NCBI GenBank assembly: GCA_012295275.1
Contig: CM022666.1
Coordinates: forward strand, 10,788,001-10,852,000
DNA length: 64,000 bases
Direction of reading: 5' to 3'
Source: Chrysomallon squamiferum
Lineage: Eukaryota; Animalia; Mollusca
The notes below the pieces were generated by a model that was not told the DNA's origin, did no database searches, and saw only the letters and a list, made by a program, of their open reading frames with translations. Made by a program: the position numbers and the translations under genes. Positions 55,190-64,000 of the stretch are shown here, in pieces (within the stretch, counting starts at the first letter, position 1; each line of letters opens with the position of its first letter).

Positions 55190-57230
55190 ATAAAATAACA
55201 AAATTAAAATGAATAAGCATGGAAGTTTAACGTGGAGGACATATTCTCTCAATATAGTTCTTATAAACAAACATACCTTTTTTTAATAAAAATATATATA
55301 TACTGTCAAACAAATTATTATATGAAATTATATTTGGATGTCTCACGTATTTATCTGGTATACCTTTTCTCACATTTAATAATATGGGATCATTGCATTC
55401 AAATAGATAGTGATATTCATCTCCAGTTTTGTTAAGATTAACTTTAAGTCTACATAATCGGTAGTAATTAGGAAAAATGTTAAGATATTGTTGCAGAGCA
55501 TCCGGTATCATCAGCATACAGTAGAATAAAAAGCTTTAAATAAACATGAATGTTTTCACTAAACATTGTTGTAATTGATTCTAGTACATTTGCCTTATTA
55601 ACTATAAGAAATTCCTCTAAGTCGTTTAGAAAAACAGAAAATAAAAATGGCGAGAGAGTTTCTCCTTACCTGACACCAATAAAAATTACCAGATAACAAA
55701 CAGTTCGCTGTAATTTTAGCCTTAGAATCTTCATACATATTTACTAAGACATTAAAACATTTTCCATTTATGCCAAATCTAATTAACTGTTTCCAGACTC
55801 TGTCAAACGCTTTCTCAAAATCTATAGAAGCACAATACAGTTTCTTTTTACATTTGTTCATTAAAATAATTAGACAGTATAAAGTAAATATATGGTCTGT
55901 CGTTGAATAATTTTACGAAATCCATCTTGATTTTCGAAAATCAGGTTTGTTTCATTTGCAGAGATATTTAATCTAGAATTAAGTACACATGTAAATAAGT
56001 TGCCTAAACAGCTTAATAATGTGATAGGTCTATAATTTTCAGGTTCATTTCGAGACCTTTATTTTTATATATTGGTTTGATGAGTCCCACTAACCAGTCG
56101 GGTGGTATAACTGGTGAGTCAAGAATAACATTAAACAATAGTACATATAAAGGTAACATAATATTAAACCAGGCCTTATTATAAGGATGTTTCTTTATTG
56201 TATTATAAGTGGGTTTCTTCCCAAATGTTTTTTTATAGCATTTATAACAGAGACTATATTATTTAAAAATTCAGAATCAACGTCCGCTGACTTGCAGTTT
56301 TGTAAGTTTTGGGATATTTCATTTAGCGAATGCTGCTGTTTTTCAAAACTATCGCAAAATTCTTGCTTTTCATCATGACACCATTTCCATGGGACTTCCT
56401 TAGAGCTAGATGAAGTATCAATTACAGTAATCTCAGGATTTATTTGCGTATATAGTTTGATACATAAAGGCCTGTGGCATCTGATAGCAAAGAAGAAAAT
56501 GGCAGAATAGAAAGGTTTTCTGTTAGGGACAAGAATTTAACATTTGCAATGAAGTAATCTACGACACTACCGTATTTACAAGTATGTTCCCACACATATC
56601 TATCTTCACCTATTCTCCCATTGATAAGAAACATGTTATTATATCTACAGAAATCAAGGAGAATACGACCATAGTTATATTTCTTTTTATCCTTTGATAT
56701 CGATGTTTTAATACATTTAAAAAAACATCATCAGCTACTAAATCACTATATTCTTTTTCTTCAGTAATAATAAAATCATTGCCGTCAGCTGTTATATTTT
56801 TGAAGTGGCCAATAAATATATTTATTTACAAATGACAATATTCATTTTCATGCTGGTCAAAAGCATCAGATGATGAATAACATGAATGTTTTTGTGGAAT
56901 ATATACAGTACAATTAAAATGTTATCATCTGTGTAAAACCCCGCGCTCCTTGCTTAGCCACATAAAACATTTACACTGTGATTCAATAATATTCGTATGT
57001 TTTAGTAGATCATTTTTTTATATACAACTATACTCCCAGATTTACGATGAGATAAAGAAACTCTGTTTTTAGCATATATTTTATAACCAAAAATACTAAT
57101 GTTATTAGCGTTATCTATTAATGATTCAACTAACCATATTGTATCTCAATTAGTGACGGTTTCAAGAAATATAGGATCTCTGAGCTTACTTACCAAACCG
57201 CACACATTAATCTCTGTTATTTTTAAAACT
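55190..57230 (-). mobile_element. Degenerate, internally deleted non-LTR retrotransposon (APE endonuclease + reverse transcriptase + C-terminal CCHC; RTE-X/CR1-like)
   Basis: Minus-strand remnants: ITEINVCGLVSKL...WLVES and INGRIGED...SVVDY (APE); DWLVGLIKPIYKNKG..ENYRPITLLSC, YCASIDFEKAFDRVW and LLYADDT (RT); GDEYHYLFEC (C-terminal). Many stops and frameshifts. Confidence 0.88.
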
Positions 57231-57753
57231 TACTTCTTTATGATTTTTGTTGGGGTATTTTTACAACTGAGAGTTTTCTGACATCTGCTCAACACTGTTT
57301 TTACTTGGTAAGACTTGTCCCCCTGCGGTGTCCTATTGCACACAGAGTCTAGTTAAGAAAGGAAGTTAGGTAACCAAACTCTAAAACTTCTCACAGACAG
57401 CTAATTTAATGAACACTCAGAATATATAATCACCTATATAAAGCTGATATATAATCAAAACAAAAGTTTAACCAAATTAAAGATTTATTCCAAATACTGA
57501 AAAGTACTAATCATAACTCATTACTTCCAGTTTACTTGTGTCTTTCGGTGTCTATATAATGTGAGTTAATCATTCTGTCTGTGTTCATCTGTAAATAATG
57601 ACTTCATGGAAAATCACTAATTTAAAAACAGTAAATATATAAAAATATGTACTAAATGAAATAGTGATGACGCAGTTATTGAAAAATTGCTGTTTAATTT
57701 TAATTTTATTTATAACTATGTTATCTACATTTATTTTCTCACTAGCTCATCTC

Positions 57754-57888
57754 ATTGGTTCTCATATTATCGATGGAATGACTAAGCGAATAGTCAGTTA
57801 GTGTGGAGACGGTTTATAAAGAATTTTCCTAACTAAAAAAATTCAGAAAAGGAGGACATATCGGCAAAAATACCTTCCAGAAGTTAAG
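57754..57888 (+). promoter_or_regulatory. Promoter (ATTGG, TATAAA 57815) and non-coding exon 1 of the 58254 GPCR
   Basis: Donor AAG|GTAACG (GT at 57889) and acceptor TTTTTAG at 58235. All elements are conserved in the paralogous copy at 61662-61794. Confidence 0.65.
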
Positions 57889-57943
57889 GTAACGTTTTAT
57901 TTCATTTTATATTGAATTAACTTTCACGCTCACTCACACACAC

Positions 57944-58068
<125 letters not shown>

Positions 58069-58253
58069 TATGTCGGTCTATGTATAGACTGCTTTTTCTG
58101 TCAGTTCTACATTTTATTACTTATCCATTAAGATTGTAACTCATTGTTAAGTCGTCTTTTATTACATTCTTTACACGTAACCAACACCTACTTCAGATTT
58201 AAGATTTCATCCAAATTTAATATCTTTATTTTTAGGCAGTACAAGAAGTCGAA

Positions 58254-59264
58254 ATGAATATGACGGACAACATTTCAGTTTTAAATAGCACAATAATAAC
58301 ACTAATGGAAGACGTGACTCAAGTCCAAGAAACAGATGAAAACGAAACGTCACAAGCTGAATGGCCTGATTTTGATATATTTGGAAAAGAGTACATATCA
58401 GTTATATTTTTAATACTTATATCAGGCATTATTGGTAACGTATTCTCGCTAATATTAATGAGTGACAATAAACTGAATTCATTTCCATACTCTGTTTATC
58501 TCCGATGGTTGGCTGTGTCGGACAGCATCGTTCTGATGTCAGTCACTACAGAAGACATTACTGACTATTTCAATGTACTGGGTATCATCGGGCGGTACCA
58601 CGTAGCCGTTTGTAAACTGTGGAACTTTATCGTAGCGGCATCTTCTCTCCTTTCGCCTTGGTTAGTAGTGGCTTTAACATTTGACAGATTTTTTTGTGTC
58701 GTGTTTCCTCTTTCTAGGGCGAAATTCTGCTCAAAGTCGGTAGCAATTAAAACCTGTAGCTTCCTGACAGTTGCATCGGTAGGTGTGTGTGTGGGTTACC
58801 TGACAGACATCACGATCATAGATAACGATTGTGATGTGATTCAGGACGTTTACTTTTTAGCTTTTCTAAATTTCTACACACTTGTTCTCACGTCGACACT
58901 TCCGTGCGTCTTAGTTCTCATTATGAACATAATCATCGTCATCAAGATTCGTCAAAGCTCGTCATTTCGTCAACACTTTCAGAACACAAAGGAAAAAGCA
59001 GACAAATCCTCTCGCCCGTTGATTCTCATTTCAGTTTTTGCTTTCATCACTCTCGTTCCTGTCGCAGTTACACGGTGCATTGAATACATTCTAGATAGAG
59101 ATTCACCAGCGAAAATATTAGCCAGCAATTTATGGCCTGTGTTCAATTTGATATACCTTCTCAATTTTGCACAAAACTTTTACGTCTTAATGGCCAGTTC
59201 CAAACACTATCGAAATATAATTGCAAGTAAACTGAAATGTGTCTTAAAGAAAGATACACAGTAA
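58254..59264 (+). CDS. Single-coding-exon class A GPCR (cluster member 2), 336 aa, C-terminal tail truncated by a premature stop
   Basis: Full 7TM with DRF and LNFAQNFYVL. 23 aa differences from the 62559 paralogue over 336 aa; TAA where the paralogue has TCA (Ser337). Confidence 0.92.
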   Translation: MNMTDNISVLNSTIITLMEDVTQVQETDENETSQAEWPDFDIFGKEYISVIFLILISGIIGNVFSLILMSDNKLNSFPYSVYLRWLAVSDSIVLMSVTTEDITDYFNVLGIIGRYHVAVCKLWNFIVAASSLLSPWLVVALTFDRFFCVVFPLSRAKFCSKSVAIKTCSFLTVASVGVCVGYLTDITIIDNDCDVIQDVYFLAFLNFYTLVLTSTLPCVLVLIMNIIIVIKIRQSSSFRQHFQNTKEKADKSSRPLILISVFAFITLVPVAVTRCIEYILDRDSPAKILASNLWPVFNLIYLLNFAQNFYVLMASSKHYRNIIASKLKCVLKKDTQ

Positions 59265-59415
59265 CCAACAGTAATGACGTTATCCCGAAATTCATCTTTA
59301 CAAAAAACAACGCAAACGACAACGTCGCTTTAATATGTTGAACTTAGTATGTAGTTCTTGGTGAGACCTCTAGAGCTTATTGAACAGTGTATGGTGTTTT
59401 ATTATTATTATTATT

Positions 59416-59449
<34 letters not shown>

Positions 59450-59649
59450 CGGCAGCAACTGATGTTGTTGTTGTTGTCGTCGTTGCAGCGGTTGTTTTAT
59501 TGTAGAAACTATTTCTTTGCTTTAAAAAGCTTTTAACATATAGTAAGCTTAAGAAACTACACTTCATGAACTAATAACATACTTATAGCAGTTACAGTGT
59601 CGAACTGTTGAATGTGTTTGTTGTATGTTCTGTAAATTACGTCGGTTTG

Positions 59650-59655
59650 AATAAA
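59650..59655 (+). terminator. Candidate polyadenylation signal (paralogous copy at 63967-63972)
   Basis: AATAAA in the identical 3' flanks of both duplicates. Confidence 0.45.
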
Positions 59656-61493
59656 AAACACTTCTAAGAACATAAAGATTCTGCAACATTAATTGTTTCA
59701 CTGAATAATTATAATAATGCTGTGAATTCGCCAGATAGGTGTGGATTATGGTAAAAAGACACGACTGTCATTTTCTACTGTTTGTACATTAACTGTAATA
59801 ATTACTTTATACATGCAGCACCTTTAAGACAGTATGTAGTTATCAAAACATTAACTAAATATCTAGTTAATATCAGTATTAATTTAGTAAAATCAACAAG
59901 AATGAGATTAATAAATGTATGTATCTATCGTGTTTTAAAGTTTAATCACATTATATGCGTGGTTTTTATTAATTCTATTGCTGCATAAAAGTAAATGATG
60001 ATTTTTTAATACGTGTATCCAATTTTAGTTAATGTAATATATTACAAGGAATGCACTGTAGAATAATTTAGTTGAAGCTTTTAACGAAAGCAGTTCATTT
60101 TATAGAAGCTATTGTAAATACACTAATGTAAAGCAGACACGGTACTTGAATTACAAATGAAGATCATACGTGAATCCTGACAGTAAAATTTGTTCTCGTA
60201 AAACTTTAATGAACAATAACGACAGTGTGAAAGATTGTTCCATCAACAGGCTATACTTATGTTTAACATGCTTTTATCAGAGATCTGTTCAAATATGCTT
60301 TTCTCCGCCAGATATTTAAGTGCACGAGAGGAGGACACATTTACTGAATTAGCGCAGATAAACAGAATAATGGTGGGTTATAATCGGTTCAGTATTAACT
60401 TATAAAATGGTGAAGGTTCTATTGACAGTAGTTAATTGCATATTCAAATGAAGCGTTTAGCACCAGCTAAGTCTAATCCACAGAACACTGTTTTTCAGAT
60501 AACTGATGTTGAAATCACTGGGCTGTAATAACATTAGCAGCGAAAAAACTGTATTTTAATTCTGATAAACCTGACTGACGTGTTAGAACTTTCTGTCACT
60601 GCATTTTATCAACATCTCTTTCTCTTTTGTTTGTTAGTGTGTAGACAGTTTTCATTCTCGTAATTAACATTTTCGTATAATATAAAATTCCTAAAGTAAA
60701 ATGTAGAAGATATGTTTTGAATAACGATTTCGCATGATTTCACACAGGAATGTATCTGTAGTTTCTTTTATTATTGTTATTCTTGTTTTATTCTTTTCTG
60801 GATTTATTTTTTCGGTACATCTTGTCTTTCAATAAAATCAGTCAGATTAAAACATCAGAAATCTTTTATTATTTTCAAAAGACAACAATATCAAGCTCAT
60901 AAAAAAACAATAATAAAGAAATTTTACATAGCGAAGTAAATGGATGTATGTATGTACCTATGTGTTTTAAGTATATATTTATATATGTATATATAATATA
61001 TATAAAACTAATGAAAAACAAGTTCACAAAAGATGACATGAAATTCAGAAAAAACTACAAAGTAAATTGGTTATTACTTCTATAAGACTGAACTACGTAG
61101 TGAATAGGAACTTGATACTGATGAAGAGAAAAGAGCTTTCTTTTAACAATGACGTCCTTGTATTTAGAATACGCTTAACAATACACTGGATAGTCCATTA
61201 ATATTTCTCCTTGTAAGATGAAAGGTCAACAGATTTCATTTACTAATGGTCAGGTATTGAGGTACAGTTTGATCGTTCTTTAAATGTATTAATGTATATG
61301 GAAAAGAGGAAAATACATTGCAGTTGTTATATTTATATAATGTGAGTTAATCATTCTGTGTTCATTTGTAGCTAATGTCTTTATGAAAAATCACTAATTT
61401 AAAAACAGTAATATATAAAAATATGTACTAAACGAAATAGTGAAAACGCATCTACTGAAAAATTACTGTTTAATTTTACTTTTATTTACGACT

Positions 61494-61630
61494 CAGTGAA
61501 GAGCCGAGACTTTCAACAATTATTATTAACCGGATCGATCACTGCCATTTAAATGTGCAAACCTAAAATATTTCTGTAATAAACTAATTATTCGCTGTTA
61601 GATGTGTACACACCACTTCCTCTCTTCACT
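61494..61630. mobile_element. 137-bp indel with 9-bp inverted ends (MITE-like) in the promoter of the 62559 GPCR
   Basis: Absent from the paralogous promoter at about 57717; ends AGTGAAGAG (61495) and CTCTTCACT (61622-61630); ACT direct repeat at the junctions. Confidence 0.45.
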
Positions 61631-61661
61631 ATGTTATCTACTTTCGCACTAACTCATGTCA

Positions 61662-61794
61662 TTGGTTCTCATATAATCGATGGAATGATCAAGCGGAGTT
61701 TCAGTCAGTGTGGAGACGATTTATAAAGCATTTTCTTAACTAAAAAATCCTGAAACGGCGGAAACATTGGCAAAAATACCTACTAGCAGTTAAG
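61662..61794 (+). promoter_or_regulatory. Promoter (ATTGG, TATAAA 61722) and non-coding exon 1 of the 62559 GPCR
   Basis: Donor AAG|GTAACG (GT at 61795) and acceptor at 62540; homologous to 57754-57888. Confidence 0.65.
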
Positions 61795-62189
61795 GTAACG
61801 TTTTGTGTCACTTTATATTTTCAAATTATAATTAGTTTTCACAAGAATAAACTTTTAGTTACTAATTTTCATGTAGTTTATTAAATTTTGCAGTTATTTA
61901 ATTAATTTATAACTAGTTTTCTATTCATGTTTCAGTTCACCTCTGTATATTTTATAAAGTATTATTGCATTATCTATCTTTCTATCTATGTTACATATAC
62001 TTTATGACTTTAATATTGCTACTGTTGGCATTTTATGACACTTTTAAATACATTTAGCAGTTTTACATTTTATGCTTTTTATGCTTTCTAAACAAAACAA
62101 AATAAAATGTAATCAAAAATTGAAATTTGCAATACTTTTATCGGTTGACATGAAAGTGGTTGAATTGCCTAGCAGCCCTGTTCAAACAG

Positions 62190-62356
<167 letters not shown>

Positions 62357-62558
62357 TATATATGTTTAAGTCGGTCTATGTAGAGACTGCATTTTCTGTC
62401 AGTTCTACATTTTATTACTTATCCATTAAGATTGTAACTCATTGTTAAGTCGTCTTTTATTACATTCTTTACACGTAACCAACACATACTTCAGATTTAA
62501 GAGCATCGGATTCATCCAAATTTAATATCTTTATTTTTAGGCAGTACAAGAAGTCGAA

Positions 62559-63659
62559 ATGAATATGACGGACAACATTTCAGTTTTAAATAGCACAATA
62601 ATAACACTAATGGAAGACGTGACTCAAGTCCAAGAAACAGATGAAAACGAAACGTCACAAGCTGAATGGCCTTATTTTAATATATTTGGAAAAGAGTACA
62701 TATCAGTTATATTTTTAATACTTATATCAGGCATTATTGGTAACGTATTCTCGCTAATATTAATGAGTGACAATAAACTGAATTCATTTTCATACTCTGT
62801 TTATCTCCGATGGTTGGCTGTGTCGGACAGCATCGTTCTGATGTCAGTCACTACACAAGACATTACTGACTATTTCAATGTACTGGGTATCATCGAGCGG
62901 TACCACGTGGCCGTTTGTAAACTGTGGAACTTTATCGTAACGGCATCTTCTCTCCTTTCGCCTTGGTTAGTAGTGGCTTTAACATTTGACAGATTTTTTT
63001 GTGTCGTGTTTCCTCTTTCTAGGGCGAAATTCTGCTCAAAGTCGGTAGCAATTAAAACCTGTAGCTTCCTGACAGTTGCGTCGGTAGGTGTGTGTGTGGG
63101 TTATCTGAAACAGAGCACGTACATAGATAATCGTTGTGATGTGATCAAGGACGTTTACTTTTCAGCTTTTCTAAATTTCTACACACTTGTTCTCTCGTCA
63201 ACACTTCCGTGCGTCTTAGTTCTCATTATGAACATAATCATCGTCATCAAGATTCGTCAAAGCTCGTCATTTCGTCAACACTTTCAGAACACAAAGGAAA
63301 AAGCAGACAAATCCTCTCGCCCGTTGATTCTCATTTCAGTTTTTGCTTTCATCACTCTCGTTCCTATTGCAGTCACAGAGTGCACTGAATACATTCTAGA
63401 TAGAGATTCACCAGCGAAAATATTAGCCAACAATTTATGGCCTGTGTTCAATTTGATATATCTTCTCAATTTTGCACAAAACTTTTACGTCTTAGTGGCC
63501 AGTTCCAAACACTATCGAAATACAATAGGAAGTAAACTGAAATGTGTCTTAAAGAAAAATACACGTTCATCAACGGTAAATACGTCATCTCGAACGTCAT
63601 CTTTACAGAAAACAACGCAAATGACAACGTCGGTTGAATGTGTTGAACTTAATATATAG
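62559..63659 (+). CDS. Single-coding-exon class A GPCR (cluster member 3), 366 aa
   Basis: Full 7TM, DRF, LNFAQNFYVL and an intact Ser/Thr-rich tail; recent tandem paralogue of 58254 (offset 4305 bp). Confidence 0.95.
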   Translation: MNMTDNISVLNSTIITLMEDVTQVQETDENETSQAEWPYFNIFGKEYISVIFLILISGIIGNVFSLILMSDNKLNSFSYSVYLRWLAVSDSIVLMSVTTQDITDYFNVLGIIERYHVAVCKLWNFIVTASSLLSPWLVVALTFDRFFCVVFPLSRAKFCSKSVAIKTCSFLTVASVGVCVGYLKQSTYIDNRCDVIKDVYFSAFLNFYTLVLSSTLPCVLVLIMNIIIVIKIRQSSSFRQHFQNTKEKADKSSRPLILISVFAFITLVPIAVTECTEYILDRDSPAKILANNLWPVFNLIYLLNFAQNFYVLVASSKHYRNTIGSKLKCVLKKNTRSSTVNTSSRTSSLQKTTQMTTSVECVELNI

Positions 63660-63701
63660 TTCTTTGTGAGATCTATAGAGTTTATTGATCAGTTTATGCC
63701 G

Positions 63702-63766
<65 letters not shown>

Positions 63767-64000
63767 CGGCAGCAACTGATGTTGTTGTTGTTGTCGTCGT
63801 TGCAGCGGTTGTTTTATTGTAGAAACTATTTCTTTGCTTTAAAAAGCTTTTAACATATAGTAAGCTTAAGAAACTACACTTCATGAACTAATAACATACT
63901 TATAGCAGTTACAGTGTCGAACTGTTGAATGTGTTTGTTGTATGTTCTGTAAATTACGTCGGTTTGAATAAAAAACACTTCTAAGAACATAAAGATTCTG

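Noticed and set aside
58254-59264. Calling the 336-aa GPCR a pseudogene
   Set aside because: All seven helices, helix 8, the promoter and the splice sites are intact; only the distal tail is lost.

Overview
This is AT-rich, microsatellite-dense animal (eukaryotic) genomic DNA. It is most likely a mollusc, probably an octopod cephalopod; this is inferred from the GPCR family and repeat landscape, not proven. Most ORFs in the supplied track are simple-repeat artefacts. The genes I can support are: (1) an intronless orphan class A GPCR with non-canonical ENY and KFFLF motifs (14684-15775, +); (2) a spliced gene, split across two short ORFs, encoding a 129-aa secreted cystine-knot protein that aligns with human Norrin/NDP, with all 11 cysteines, about 53% identity over the mature domain by hand alignment and the same phase-0 intron (42542-42697 + 43901-44134, +); (3) an SMCO4 microprotein gene (49059-49247, -); (4) a tandem cluster of three related single-coding-exon GPCRs (52646, 58254, 62559, +), two of them recent duplicates with changes concentrated on the extracellular face, a reciprocal charge swap and a tail-truncating stop. 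The window also holds decayed LINE fragments, a TTAA-flanked foldback/MITE-like element, a 310-bp dispersed direct repeat and many mini- and microsatellites. The headline finding is the invertebrate Norrin orthologue.
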